From Eledone cirrhosa (lineage: Eukaryota): a stretch of DNA of 64,000 bases. Where the stretch lies: positions 744,001-808,000 of the forward strand of contig OZ024756.1 of NCBI GenBank assembly GCA_964016885.1, given 5' to 3'. The translations under genes and the position numbers were made by a program. The number at the start of each line of letters is the position of its first letter. The stretch's first letter is position 1. The notes beneath the pieces were generated by a model, which saw nothing but the letters and a program-made list of their open reading frames with translations, did no database searches and had not been told where the DNA came from. Shown in pieces: positions 1 to 13,610 of the stretch.

Positions 1-10
1 ATATATATAT

Positions 11-331
11 CATCATCATCACCGTTTTACGTCCGTTCTTCCACGCTAGCATGGGTTAGACGGGTTGTCCTGTTGTGGGCAGTGTCTGGTCGGCTGACCA
101 TGCCTTGCTCATACAGGAACTGATCTGGCTTGATTTCTACAGCTGGATGCCCTTCCTAACACCAACCTCGTTTACAGTGAGTGTTGGGTGCTTTTTCGTG
201 GCGCCTACACGTCCACTTTACAGTGTGGGCTGGGTGCTTTTTTTGCCGTGGCACCTCCACGACCACCTTGCGGTGGGGGGAGTGGGGGCATATTGTTTAT
301 ATGCTTCAGCATGTACCCATGGGAGGTCGGG
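11..331 (-). mobile_element. RTE family B 3' end fragment (last codons, 3'UTR, (GAT)n tail)
   Basis: Reverse complement of about 54357-54687; begins with (CAT)n next to (TA)n. Confidence 0.9.
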
Positions 332-413
332 TTATTGTTTAGTATCTGTTTCCCTGATAGCAAGGGTTGAGTCAGTTTTCACTGACTGAATCATTACTCA
401 AGCAAGGCTACTG

Positions 414-646
414 ACCTCAAAGACTGGCTGGATGTCCACATCTTGAGCTCAATGACAGGCTAGGTGTCCACATCTTGACCTCCCAGACTGGCTGGATGTC
501 CACATCTTGACCTCAATGACAGGCTGAGTGTCCACATCTTGACCTTCCAGACTGGCTAGGTGTCTACATCTTGACCTTCCAGACTGGCTGGTGGTCTCCA
601 CATCTTGACCTCAAAGACAGGCCAGTGTGTCCACATCTTGATCTCA
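414..646. repeat. 32-bp minisatellite, about 7 copies
   Basis: Unit gacctcaaagactggctggatgtccacatctt and variants. Confidence 0.85.
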
Positions 647-879
647 TATGGTCCCATGCTCTACCAAGTTCATTTTATCATGACACAAGCACTAGAGAGG
701 TTGTCATGTCTTTGACACAACTGAAGGGTCCTCTTGAAACGTCCCACATATAACCTCTGCTAAACAGGACAGCTTTGTGTGGTTTGATCTGTAGGCTATG
801 TTACTGTCACATCTAGTGGTGGGCTTCTGCAAGACACCTTCTACCATATGTACACTCTTACAGACATTGACACTGAGAC

Positions 880-985
880 GTAGAGGTTTCTGTTGTAACT
901 GTGGAGTAGAGGTTTCTGTTGTAACTGTGGAGTAGAGGTTTCTGTTGTAACTGTGGAGTAGAGGTTTCTGTTGTAACTGTGGAGT
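880..985. repeat. 26-bp perfect tandem repeat x4
   Basis: gtagaggtttctgttgtaactgtgga. Confidence 0.95.
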
Positions 986-1044
986 GAGAGAATATGTGGG
1001 TCTGAGGCTAGAGTGTGTTAGCCAAACAATTTCATGATGTCAGA

Positions 1045-1220
1045 TGGCTCATCATAAGGTGCCACATGAGATATGGCTCATAAGGTGCCTCATGAGATAT
1101 AGCTCATAAGGTGCCACATGAGATATAGCTCATTAGGTGCCACATGAGATATGGCTCATAAGGTGCTACATGATATATAGCTCATTAGGTGCCACATGAG
1201 ATATGGTTCACCATAAGGTG
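1045..1220. repeat. 26-bp minisatellite, about 6 copies
   Basis: gctcataaggtgccacatgagatatg variants. Confidence 0.85.
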
Positions 1221-1417
1221 AGTTGTACTACTAAAAAATGTCATGGTAATTTTTTCTTCATCATGCCATTCAGAAAGCGAAAGGACCAGAGGTTGCCCAT
1301 AGTTACTTTAGAATCTCACTTATTGCCAGGTTTTTAAAAAAAAAAATAAGTTACATATTGTACAGAGCTAGTATAATAGAATATATGACTCCAGCTATTA
1401 TAGGTTTGTAAATTCTC

Positions 1418-2476
1418 AGTTGTAATGTATGGTCCCGTAACTCTTGAGGGAGTCGTAGAGGGCACCATATTGACACGGCATTTCTAGGGCATTTTTTAAC
1501 CTGGCAGAGCCCATCCCCACTCCAGGTCTGAATACAGCAGATTTTTTTTTAGAGAAAAAGAGAGGAAGTGAGAAAGAGATATGGAGGAAGAATCGACCCC
1601 AGTACTTGACTGGTACTTTTTTATCGACCTTGAATGGATGAAAGGTAAAGTTGACCTTGGCAGGATTTGAACTCAGAGAGCAGAGAGCTGGAATGAATAC
1701 CACAAAGTACTCTATCGGACGTTCTAACCACTCTACCATTCTATCTGATGTTCTAACCACTCTACCATTCTATCTGATGTTCTAACCACTCTGCCATTCT
1801 ATCTGATGTTCTAATGACTCTGCCATTCTATCTGATGTTCTAACCACTCTACCATTCTATCTGATGTTCTAACCACTCTGCCATTCTATCTGATGTTCTA
1901 ATGACTCTGCCATTTTATCTGATGTTCTAACCACTCTACCATTCTATCTGATGTTCTAACCACTCTGCCATTCTATCTGATGTTCTAACCACTCTACCAT
2001 TCTATCTGCTGTTCTAACCACTCTACCATTCTATCTGATGTTCTAACCACTCTACCATTCTATCTGATGTTCTAACCACTCTACCGTTCTATCTGATGTT
2101 CTAACCACTCTGCCATTCTATCTGATGTTCTAATGACTCTGCCATTCTATCTGATGTTCTAACCACTCTACCATTCTATCTGATGTTCTAACCACTCTAC
2201 CATTCTATCTGATGTTCTAATGACTCTGCCCTTCTATCTGATGTTCTAACCACTCTACCATTCTATCTGATGTTCTAACCACTCTACCATTCTATCTGAT
2301 GTTCTAACCACTCTACCATTCTATCTGATGTTCTAACCACTCTACCGTTCTATCTGATGTTCTAACCACTCTACCATTCTATCTGATGTTCTAACCACTC
2401 TACCATTCTATCTGATGTTCTAACCACTCTGCCATTCTATCTGATGTTCTAATGACTCTACCAATTCGTTGCCTTG
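1418..2476 (-). mobile_element. tRNA-derived Meta-type SINE with internally amplified box-A region
   Basis: Minus strand: box A GGTAGAGTGGTTAGAA, box B GAGTTCAAATCC, body TTTCATCC..GGTCGATAAA..GTACCAG; collinear with 9591-9962. Confidence 0.75.
1722..2462. repeat. 29-bp minisatellite, about 25 copies, derived from SINE head
   Basis: Unit ttctaaccactctaccattctatctgatg. Confidence 0.95.
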
Positions 2477-2559
2477 AATTCTCAGTTACTGTGGAATTTT
2501 AACTCAAATAAAAGGATATAAGACTAATTCTTGATAGTAATACATGTTTCTTTAATATG

Positions 2560-2770
2560 TTACATGTTGTTAGAATGTCTCAGAAAAGAATTGCTGTACA
2601 GATTTTACAGGCAAAAACCAACCGGTAGGAGACCCAGGGGTAGGCCCTGAGCAAGATGGTTGGATAACATCCAGGAGCTTGGCTGGTCTCACTTGGGAGA
2701 TCCAACCAGATCTATTGGAGATGGTTGCTTCGAGGACTGTGCTCCCATCAACCTCTCAGGAATATGTGGG
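2560..2770 (+). pseudogene. Degenerate RTE-like LINE C-terminal fragment
   Basis: Reads HVVRMSQKRIAVQILQA / PTGRRPR / GRP*ARWLDNI across frameshifts, a typical RTE ORF C-terminus. Confidence 0.6.
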
Positions 2771-3197
2771 TGAAGAAAAAGCCATATTGTATAGAGTTAG
2801 CAAGAGATTGTAAGACTCTAGCTTGAATAAACCTCAGAATTTTTGATAACGATGGAATTTTAAATTAGAGGAATATGAGACTAATTCTTGGTCGAGATAT
2901 ATCAACTAGTTTATCAGTCTCTTGGTGGGGGCAGTTTTTCTAGGATTCTATTTTCAATAGATTCCTTGGGGAGAACACACGATGAAAGATATTTTTATTT
3001 TCACCCCACCCTACTCCACATCACACCAACCTGCCACCCCACCACCTCACACTACACCACACCTCCCACCTGTAGGTCTACCAGCTTCATTCATGCAGAT
3101 AACCATATTTATGTTATTGAATTACTACAAAGAAGAATTTGAAGTTTCAAGAATTCGGTCCTTCCCATTTTGTATTTGAACTTGGAACAATGGGGCA

Positions 3198-3571
3198 TGT
3201 ATATATATATATATAATGTGTGTGTGTATGCACATGTATGTGTGTGTGTAAACACGTGTGTGTGTGTGTGTGTATACACGTGTGTATGTATATAAATATG
3301 TATGTATATATATATATATGTATGTATATAAATATGTATGCATATACATATATAAATATGTATGTATATATATATATGTATGTATATAAATATGTATGCA
3401 TATACATATATATATGTATGTATATAAATATGTATGCATATACATATATATATATGTATGTATATAAATATGGATGCATATACATATATATATATATATG
3501 TATATATATATGTATGTATATAAATATGTATGCATATACATATATATATGTATGTATATAAATATGTATGC

Positions 3572-3615
<44 letters not shown>

Positions 3616-3760
3616 ATAAATATGTATGCATATACATATATATATATATATGTGTATGTATATAAATATGTATGCATATACATATTTATATATATATGAT
3701 GATGATATATATATCTATGTATATAAATATGTATGTATATAAATATGTATGCATATACAT

Positions 3761-3812
<52 letters not shown>

Positions 3813-3934
3813 CTAGCGTGGAAAATGGACGTTAAATGAAGATGATGATGATATGTATGTATATAAATATGTATGCTTATACATATATATGTAAGTATAT
3901 AAATATGTATGCATATATATATATATATGTATGA

Positions 3935-3984
<50 letters not shown>

Positions 3985-3988
3985 ATGA

Positions 3989-4038
<50 letters not shown>
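3198..4038. repeat. Compound (TA)n/(TG)n/(TATG) microsatellite containing a 40-bp RTE terminus at 3812-3851
   Basis: Direct inspection. Confidence 0.95.
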
Positions 4039-4074
<36 letters not shown>

Positions 4075-4220
4075 TTTACGTCCGCTTTTCCCTGCTTGCA
4101 AGGGTGGGACGGGTCTTATTCAGCACAGCATCTCTCCACTCGTCACGGTCCCTCGTCATCTCCACCGTGAGCTTCAATGATCTGAGGTCTGTTCTCACCA
4201 CCTCCGCCCATGTTTTTCGT
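4039..4220 (-). mobile_element. RTE family C 3' fragment
   Basis: Reverse complement of 27238-27400; (CAT)n tail. Confidence 0.9.
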
Positions 4221-4658
4221 ATTGGTGTGTGTGTTTGTGTGTGCGTCGTGTCAATAAGCTTTTTTTTTTTTTTTAATTTTTAATGATCATGCTGTAAAAT
4301 GGAGGGGTAGAGAGGGCCCTTGAGTCTAGTAAGACATCCTCTCTAGTGCTGGTGGCACAAATAAAAGCACCCAGTCCATGCTGTAAAGTGGCGCTGGTGT
4401 TAGGAAGGGCATCCAACCAGTGTATCAATGCCAAAAAGCTTATCAGCACAGCAACAAACAGCATAGGAATATATATATGTATGTATATGAATATGTATAT
4501 ATATATATATATATGTATGTATATGAATATGTATATATATATATGTATGTATATGAATATGTATATATATATATATGTATGTATATGAATATGTATATAT
4601 ATATATATGTATGTATATATATATTTATGCATGTATATGAATATGTATATATATATAT

Positions 4659-6580
4659 GGGAAGCTGAGGAAAGAAAGTTCAAGCATGTTCTACAACGCG
4701 ATGACCAAAAACGTGAGGTGTTCAGGATTGCTAGGCAATGCGTCAAGGAAAACCGTGATATTGTCGGGGAGAAGTGTGTACTTAACGATGATGGCATACT
4801 TGCCATCACCGGCGCTGATAAGAAGGTAGCTTGGAAGTGTCACTATGAAAGGCTACTAAATGAGGAGAATAAATGGGAGAAAGACAGTCTCCCCCATATC
4901 GACCCAATAGAGGGACCAGCAGTGTTAGTCGAGGGGAGTATTATAAGTAAGGCAATCAAGGATATGAAGACGGGTAAGGCGGCTGGGCCTTCGGAAATAG
5001 TTGCTGAGATGCTGAAGGCATCTGGCACGGTGGGACACACCATGGTCACCCGCATAGTTAACCAAGTCGTACAGAATGGGGTTGTTCCGAAGGACTGGCA
5101 TAGCAGCATCATCGTTAACTGTTATAAGGGTAAAGGAGACGCCCTAGATAGGAGTAACTATAGAGGCATTAAATTAATCGACCAGGTCATGAAGGTCACG
5201 GAAAAAGTAATAGCACAACTAATCAGAGAGAGAATTGACCTAGATGAAATGCAGTTCGGGTTTGTGTCAGGCAAAAGTACCACAGACGCTCTTTTCATTG
5301 TACGACAACTACAGGAGAAGTACCTAGCTAAAGGTAAACCCCTCTACTTAGCTTTTGTCGACTTGGAGAAAGCCTTCGACAGAGTCCCCCGCTCCATTAT
5401 CTGGTGGGCTCTTAGAAAACTAGGCGTTGACGAATGGCTTGTGAGAGCTATACAAGCCATGTATAAAGAAACAGTCAGCAAGGTTAGAATTAACAACGAA
5501 TATAGTGAAGAGTTTAGCGTAAAAGTTGGCGTCCATCAGGGCTCTGTTCTTAGCCCCCTACTATTTATTATTGCCCTTCAGGCTATAACAGAGGAGTTCA
5601 AGACCGGCTGCCCATGGGAACTCCTATACGCAGACGACCTGACACTCATAGCGGAATCAATGGCCGAGCTAGAGAAGAAATTCCAAACATGGAAGCACGG
5701 CCTAGAATCAAAAGGACTTAAAATTAACCTGGCTAAGACTAAAGTTCTAGTTTGTAGGAAAGAAAATAAGGTGGCGGTCCCTTCTGGGAAATGGTCGTGC
5801 TCGGTGTGTAGGAAAGGCGTAGGTAGAAACTCCATTTTATGTCCTAAATGCAAAGTATGGGTGCATAAAAGATGTAGTGGGATCACAGGTAAGCTAACTA
5901 AGAACATAGATTTTACATGTGGCCGGTGCTCTGGTGCAATAAGTAGCAGCAAGTGCCCACAAAATACTAGCTCTTTCAATTGCGCAGAGGGTTCTATAGA
6001 AATAGTGGACAGCTTCCGTTACCTGGGTGATAAAATCAGCAGTGGGGGAGGGTGCTCTGAAAGTACAGTAGCTAGAGTCAGAACTGGTTGGAAAAAGTTC
6101 AGAGAGCTTATACCACTATTAGCTGCTAAAGGGTTCTCCCTAAAAATGAAAGGCAGGTTGTACGATGCCTGCATACGAACAGCAATGTTGCATGGCAGTG
6201 AGACCTGGGCATTGTGTGCAGAGGATATACGCAGACTAGAGAGGAACGAAGCTTGCATGCTCCGCTGGATGTGTAACAGTAATATACATGAACGGCAAAG
6301 CATAAACGAACTAAGGAAAAAATTAGAAATAAGAGCGATCAGATGTTTACTCGAGAGAAGGCTACGTTGGTATGGACACGTGATGCGCATGAAAGTCGAT
6401 AGCTGTATAACAAAGTGCAGGGCAATAAAGATAGATGGTAGCCACGGAATAGGCAGACCTAGAAAAACCTGGGACGAGCTGATAAACTCCGACCTCACAC
6501 ACTTACACCTCTCCAAGACAATATCACTGGACCGAGACCTTTGGCGGTACTCAGTAACAGAGAAGACCCGCCTTACCTAA
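4659..6580 (+). CDS. RTE reverse transcriptase, N-truncated (ORF-track start lies in microsatellite)
   Basis: [35 protein letters not shown]-like C4HC3, [19 protein letters not shown]. Confidence 0.9.
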
Positions 6581-6945
6581 ATACATAGTAAAACCTACTA
6601 CAGCCAGTAGGCATCTCTAACAAAATACCCCCCCCCCCATCCACAGCACCCCGTTCTATGTAAAGTTATGTTGGTGCCACACCATCCAGGCCGAAACAAA
6701 TGAGATCGTGTAGGTGTCACGACAAAAAAACACACAGTCCACGCTGTAATGTGGCCGTGTAGGCAACACGGTAAAAACCTCCCAGACCCACACTGTAAAT
6801 GTGGTTGGTGTTAGGAAGGGCATCCAACTGTGGAAAACCAGACAGTCCTATGCGAGCAAGACAATCACTCTTGCCTCAAGTGGGACTACCCCCGTCCAAA
6901 CCCATGCAAGCGTGGAACACTGACGTTAAACGTTGATGATGATGA

Positions 6946-6949
<4 letters not shown>
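4659..6949 (+). mobile_element. 5'-truncated RTE LINE, family A
   Basis: RT ORF followed by 3'UTR with GGTGTTAGGAAGGGCATCC motif and (GAT)n tail; flanked by (TA)n. Confidence 0.95.
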
Positions 6950-6981
<32 letters not shown>

Positions 6982-7033
6982 GTATGTATATGAATATGTA
7001 TATATATATATATATATTTATGTATGTATATGA

Positions 7034-7121
<88 letters not shown>

Positions 7122-7772
7122 GTATGTATATGAATATGTATGTATATAAATATATATATATATATATATGTGTGCTCATAATTTTTGGCATTAAAAAAAA
7201 AATTATGAGCACAAAATTATGTTCCACCCTTGCAAGCAGGGAAGAGCGGATGTAAAATGATGATGATGATGTGTATGTATGTATATAAATATGAATGTAT
7301 ATATATATATATATATAAATATATACACAATTGAAATGAGATATGTGTAAAGAAAGAGAGAGAGAGAGAAAGCAAGGGTAGAGGACCCAACAGGCATCAG
7401 ATTAAGGGTCATTAATATGCTATGAATTACTGCGGGGTGAGGGGGATGTGGGGAGGATTCTAAGAAGGGTTTTTTTGTTTTTTTATTTGTTCAAATTTGG
7501 AATGAGATTTAGTTTCATTGACATATTAAAGGAAACCCCTTCACCCCTCTTTTCTGTGACACCAGAGCTCTTGCCACCCCCTCCCCTTCACGATCTTTTC
7601 TTCTTTCTTTCTCTCCTCTTTTTTTTCTATATTTCCCTATTCTTTCTTTCCTTTTGTTTCCCCTTTTTTATTATTTCTATATTGAAAATAAACAATTTCT
7701 CCGAAAAAAAAAAAAAAAAAAATTAACAAAAAGAAAGAAAACATTAGATTGAGAAGAAATAATTGTTTCTAC

Positions 7773-7950
7773 TTTTGGTACAAGACCAGCAATTATCTCC
7801 GTGTATTACTGGTACTTTATTTTATCGACCCCTTAAGGATAAAAGGCATAGTTAACCTCGGCGGGATTTGAACTCAGAATGGCAAGGGCCGTAACTCTAT
7901 GCTGCAAAGCATGGTGTCTGGCTCTACTGATACTGCCAATCGACTGCCCT
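7773..7950 (-). mobile_element. Meta-type tRNA SINE, degenerate
   Basis: ctggtactttattttatcgaccc...ggatttgaactcag. Confidence 0.7.
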
Positions 7951-8024
7951 TTTGAGAAGAAAGAATGGAATGTAAAATAAGAAATTGTAAAAAAATATAA
8001 ACAAATAATGGGGATTGTCCGGCC

Positions 8025-8190
8025 CCTTCCTCTCACGCCGGTCACCATTGAGATCTCAGGTATACTTGGACCAAGTACTGCCGAGCTCCTCCACAAGATC
8101 AGAAGGTTGGCAGCCTGTCTGAGGAAGGAGCCCCGTGAGGTGGGGTGGTTGCTGTAAGCACATATCACTGGTCATTGTCCGGGGTCTTGT
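8025..8190 (+). pseudogene. Remnant of restriction-like endonuclease C-terminus of a CRE-like non-LTR element
   Basis: FLTPVTIEISGILGPSTAELLHKI...WLL*/HISLVIVRG resembles the F.P..ET.G..G...L.QRIS..I.RGN motif. Confidence 0.5.
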
Positions 8191-8317
8191 CTGTGGGCTG
8201 CATCATCATTACTGCCATGCCCTAGACCCAGGGCCCACCATCCTCTCCATTCTACTGTCACACTAGAGCCCTAGCCTTTCCCTTCCTTTTTCCCTTTTTA
8301 TATTTTCTTATTTTACA

Positions 8318-8658
8318 CAGGAGGCACATGGCTTAGTGGTTAGAGCATTGGGCTTGCAATCGAAAGATTGTGAGTTCAATTTTCAGACCGGGTGATGTGT
8401 TGTTTCCTTGAGCAAGACACTTTATTTCACATTGCTCCAGTTTACTCAGCTGTAGAAATGAGATGATAGGGACTGGGGTCCCTATCATTCCACTGCAAAG
8501 TGGTCGTGGAGGTGCCACGGCAAAAAAGCACCCAGCACTCACTGTAAATGAGGTTGGTGTTAGGAAGGGCATCCAGCTGTAGAAATCAAGCCAGAATCAG
8601 TTCCCGTCCCACCCTTGCAAGCAGGGAAAAGCGGACGTAAAATGATGATGATGATGAT
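8318..8658 (+). mobile_element. CORE-type tRNA SINE head followed by RTE-B 3'UTR piece and RTE-C terminus (composite)
   Basis: tggcttagtggttag (box A), gagttcaatt (box B), ccttgagcaagacactt; 8490-8604 matches RTE-B UTR, 8605-8658 matches RTE-C end. Confidence 0.7.
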
Positions 8659-8747
8659 ATTCCATTCTTTCTTCTCAATCTAAATTTTCCCTTTCTTTTC
8701 CTCTTAAATTGTTTTTACTATTATAAACATCAATTTCCTCTGTTAGG

Positions 8748-8910
8748 TGGCAAAGTGGTGAAGTAGCTTAGTTAGAACATCCGATAGAATGGTTTGTGGT
8801 ATTTGGTCTGGCCCTCTCTGTTCTGAGTTCAAATCCTGTCGATGTCACCTTTACTTTTTATCCCTTCAAGGTTGATTAAAAAGTACCAGTCTTGTTCTGG
8901 GGCGATTCTT
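8748..8910 (+). mobile_element. Meta-type tRNA SINE
   Basis: gttagaacatccgatagaatg...gagttcaaatcc...aagtaccagtc. Confidence 0.7.
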
Positions 8911-9590
8911 CCTCTATAGTTCATTCTCACATCCCCCCTATCACTCTCTCTTTCTTTCTCTCTCTCCTCTCTCTCTCCTCCCTCTCTGTCTCTCTTCTCT
9001 CTATCTCCCCTCCCCGTTGTCTCCCACCCTCTCAGAAGAAGAAATCTGGTGTGTTCAGAACTAGAATATAAAAGAGTCCTGTTCTGGGGTGGATTCTTTC
9101 TTACCTCCCCCATCCCTTCCCCCCTTCTCCCCCATACCCCTTCTATCTTTTTCACCTCCCCCATCACCCCCCATCACCCCCCTCCCTCTCTCTCTAGAGA
9201 ATGTGTTAGATCAAGCTATCATTTGAGTCTTTCAAACCAACTTCTGTTTCTTTCCACTGATTCTTGTTAAAAAACCTTGTTGCTTCTGCCTAAGTTTGGC
9301 CATTGACAGGTCGTCACTCACCAATACTCCTTGACCAATTGAACCTTCTTCTTTGTTGACAGCAATAGGGTCATCACAGATTAACCTCTTCTTTTCTCTG
9401 TGTTTTTCTAATCAATTATGTGACCCAGTTTAAAGATCCTACACTTACACTGGATGTTTTTTGGTTTTCAGTTTTACAACCAATGTCAAATTTCTTTCAG
9501 CACCTTTCATAGACTGTCAGCACTTGGTGTTACACACTATTTTACACTCATCATTCATATCGTGTGAACAATTCAGGTATATAGAAATGT

Positions 9591-9962
9591 AAGGCAGTGA
9601 ATTGTCAGAGTTGTTAGAATGTCAGATAGAATGCTTTGTCTTGTTCATTCCAGCTCTCTGTTCTCTCAGTTCAAATCCCGCTGAGGTCAATTTTGCCTAT
9701 CATCCATTTGAGGTAAAAAAAAAAAATGAAAAGCACCAGTCAAATACTAGGGGTCAATTCTTCCTCTATATCTCTTTCCCACTTCCAGTCTCTCACTCTC
9801 TCTATCCTTTCTCTGGAAGATATATGCTGTATTCAGACCTGGAGAGGAGCTGGGCTCTACCAGGCTTTAAAAAGCCCTAGAAGTGCTGTATGTCAATATG
9901 GCACCCCCAAGACTCCTTCACGACTCCCTCACTAGTTACAGGACCATGCATACATAACTGCA
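9591..9962 (+). mobile_element. Meta-type tRNA SINE with extended 3' part
   Basis: Collinear inverted homolog of 1418-1740 plus head. Confidence 0.75.
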
Positions 9963-9997
9963 AATCATTTATGTTTCTTATATATATTTATATATAT

Positions 9998-10170
9998 TTT
10001 TGGCATAAGACTAACAAGGTAAATCAACCCCAGTACATGACTGGTGCTTTATTTTATTGATAAATATCATAGTTGACCTCAGGTAGATTTGAAGATAGAA
10101 TGTAATGAGCCAGAGCAAATACTGCTAAGCATTTGTCTAGCTTTTTAAAGACCCTGTCAGTCCATCATCC
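9998..10170 (-). mobile_element. Meta-type SINE, degenerate
   Basis: ccccagtacatgactggtgctttatt...gttgacctc..gatttgaa. Confidence 0.55.
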
Positions 10171-10204
10171 TTATATATATATATATAGAGAGAAAGATAT
10201 ATAT

Positions 10205-10615
10205 AGGTGTGAGACTTAGACACTGACCAAGAAACTCACTCAGATGGTGGATGGGTGCTACACAAGAATGCTGAGGATGGCTCTGAACATTAATCAGTAT
10301 ACACTGAGGATGAAGAACTCAGAGTTGTACGGGAGCCTCCCAAAAGTCAGCTCAAAAGTGACACAGAAGAGACTGAGGTTAGCTGGACATGCTCACCGAC
10401 ATCCAGAGTTGACATTGCACTCAGTGCTCCTGTGGGAGCCCCTGCATGGACACACTGGAAGAGGAAGACCAAAGTTAACGTATGTTGATGCCCGAAGGAC
10501 AGACACTGGTCTGTTGGAGATGCAGGACATGGCAGCGATAATGAGGGACAGAGACCGCTGGAGAGAACTCGTCTATGGATCTCGGGAATTTTACCCGCCC
10601 TAGATAGATAGATAT
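10205..10615 (+). mobile_element. 3' fragment of a different RTE-group LINE with (TAGA)n tail
   Basis: DGCYTRMLRMAL, RLRLAGH, LLWEP..GRGRPKLTYVD. Confidence 0.8.
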
Positions 10616-10749
10616 ATAGGTATATATCTAGTAGGCAACACCTACCTCTACCATCTCCCCTCTCCATACATCTCCCTTGCTGTAACCAAATCTACATCCT
10701 CAATTTCCCCAAGCTTCTTCCCCACCCTCCCAAGTTCCCATCCCACACT

Positions 10750-10965
10750 CTGGAGCCACGACAAAAGTGCCCAGCCCTCACTATAAAGTGGTCATATGTC
10801 AGAACACTGTAAATGTGGTTGGCCTTAGGAAGGGCATCCAGCCGTAGAAACCAAGCTAAAATCAGTCCTGTGTGAGCGAAACACAGTCCTTCAACCTGAT
10901 CTCTTACAAAGGGACAGCCCGTCCTACTCTTACTAGTATGGAAGATGATGATGAAAATGATGATA
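10750..10965 (+). mobile_element. Old RTE 3'UTR fragment
   Basis: ggttggccttaggaagggcatcc, (GAT)n end. Confidence 0.7.
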
Positions 10966-10968
10966 TAT

Positions 10969-11992
10969 GCATCATCATCGTTTAATGTCTGTCTTCCAGG
11001 CTAGCATGGGTTAGATGGGTTTGTTCCATTTAGAGACAAATTGGGTCGGGTGACCATGTCTCGCTCATATAGGACTGTTTCTGGCTGGTTTTCTACGGCT
11101 GGATGCCCTTTCTAACATCAACCACATTTACAGTGTGGACTGGGTGCCTTTTGCCATGACTTTTACACGACCACTTTACAGTGTGGGCTGGGTACTTTTT
11201 GTTGTTACACCTACATGACCACTTTACAGTGTGGGGTGGGGGCTTCACTGGATGCATTTACTTCGGTCTGTCCTAATGGGGGTGTATGGGAGGATGGGTT
11301 GCGGCATACTGTATATATGCTTCAGCTTATGCCTGTAGGAAGTCTGGTCTTCTGTATCATCTTGGTCCTGTGTCATCGCCTTTGAAAGGTGCAATTGGGC
11401 AAGGTCAGCTTTTATCACCTCATCCCACGTCTTCCTGGGTCTCCCCACTCCAAGGCTTTCATTGACTTTGAGTGCTCTGCACCTTTTTATGTAGCTGTCA
11501 TCCTTCATACGCATCACATGTCCATACCAACATAATCTCCTCTCCTGCACACAGCATTTGATTCATCTTATGCTTAGTTTCTCTTTCAGTTCATTTATGC
11601 TTTGCCGTTCACGTATATTGCTATACACGTCCATCGGAACATGCAAGCTTCATTTCTTTCCAATCTACGCAAGTCTTCTGCACCCAGGTCTCACTATCAT
11701 GCAACATTGTTGTTCATACGCACGCATCATACAGTCTGCCTTTCAATTTTGAGGGAAAAGCCTTTCGTAGTCAGCAGTGGTGGTAGTAGCTCCCTGAACT
11801 TCTTCCATCCCATTCTTACTCTGGCTACTGTACTTTCAGAACACCGACCACCATTGCTAATTCGGTCATCTGGGTAGCAGAGCTGTCTACTGTTTCTACA
11901 AAGCCTTCCCAGAATTTGGTAGTGCTTGTTTCCTGTGGTCGTTTGATGCTTACTGTTCCAGTGCAACTGCTACTTGTAAAGTCTACATTCTT

Positions 11993-11995
<3 letters not shown>
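10969..11995 (-). pseudogene. Degenerate 5'-truncated RTE (B-like)
   Basis: Frameshifted pieces [24 protein letters not shown] and [12 protein letters not shown]. Confidence 0.85.
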
Positions 11996-12027
<32 letters not shown>

Positions 12028-12629
12028 ATATATATATATATATATATATTTGTAGACCCCTTCGGTCACAAATGACCATGGTTTTACGTCTAGAAAGTTT
12101 CCCTCCAAGGCACATGTCTAGGCAAGGTTTTCATATCATTAAGGTTGTTAACTTCATTATTTTGTATAGTGCTAGGTATAGTGTAATTTTTATTTCTGTT
12201 CTTAACAGATTTATTCCTTATCCTAAGATGTTTATTATGTGTATTGGGATGGTACATTTCACTATTTACTATGTTGTTACCCTCAGTAATAGAGTTCATA
12301 TCATTATTATTATGACAATTTTTAATTTTATTCATAGTCATATTATGTGAAATAATATTAGGTTGTTTATTGTAATAATTAGAGGAGTTTTTAGGTACAA
12401 ATTTAATTTTATTTTTATAACTCTGAACATAGAAATTACCATCATAATAACTCAATATCTGAGAGTGTTAAGATCAATAATAGTAATAATAATGACATTA
12501 ATATTAATAGTAATAATAATTACCATAATCTCAACATTCGCATTACTAACTATAATAACCCTACACTCACATACCTTCAAGACCAATATACCAATAACCA
12601 TATCAACTGTAACTAGACCAAATAAAATT

Positions 12630-13025
12630 TGCCCCCGCGGATAAAAATGCCTAATTAAGGATATTGTTTATTCCTGAACGGTCACCACATCTACAATTTC
12701 TAAAACTTATATTGGTTCTACCTCGAATAGTTTTAAGATAAGATATAATTCCCACCTTCATACTTTTAAGAATTCTAAACTCAAACATGCTACTTCATTA
12801 TCTACATATATATCTTCATTGAAAGCTAGCAACAAACCTTACACCCCACAATGAAACGTGTTAGCTAAAGCCCCCTATAAAAAACTTCCCAACAAACTTT
12901 GTAACCTGTCTTGCACTATTATTTGTTCTAAACTAAACTTACTAAATAGAAAATCAGAAATTTTCTCTACGTTTCCACATACCAACACTCCTTTCTAGCA
13001 GCTAATTTATAACAATGTCAGCTCT
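12630..13025 (+). pseudogene. Degenerate Penelope-like GIY-YIG endonuclease
   Basis: KCLIKDIVYS*TV...KTYIGSTSNSFKIRYNSH...HATSLSTYI...LLNRKSE; inverted partial copy at about 13410-13595. Confidence 0.7.
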
Positions 13026-13610
13026 AAACCCATATTTCCATTAACATTTGTACCTTGAATTTAAATCATCTAAATCTTCTAATTTTTGTATTCCTTTATA
13101 CAACTCCCCCTTATATAGGGCATTGAACCCATCATATTGTTTAATAAACCTGACCACCCCATTAAGTTAGGCACATTTTCTCACTTGATAATCAAACTAT
13201 TACAAAAACTTTAATACACTCCTTGTAACTTCATTTGACTACTACAAATCTTATACTTTATTTATACCTTATTCCCTTAATAACCCTTAAAATAGATTAA
13301 ATAAATACATTATATACCTTCCTATGTTATCCTTCTTAAAGTATCTTACATTTAATTATTTCATTTCTGTCCCTTTAATTACTTTCCTTAATACTAAACA
13401 TATATTATATGACATTGTTATAAATTAGCTGCTAGAAAGAAGTGTTGGTGAGTGTGTGGAAACGTAGAGAAAATTTCTGATTTTCTATTTAGTAAGTTTA
13501 GTTTAGAACAAATAATAGTGCATGAATAAATAATAGTGCATGACAGAGGTTACAAAGTTTGTTGGAGGTTTATTAAAGGGGTCTTTAGATAACACAACTA
13601 TACATACTTA

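Noticed and set aside
9230-9580. Unique-looking stretch with short open frames and possible splice sites
   Set aside because: No recognisable protein motif; cannot be supported without RNA-seq or BLAST
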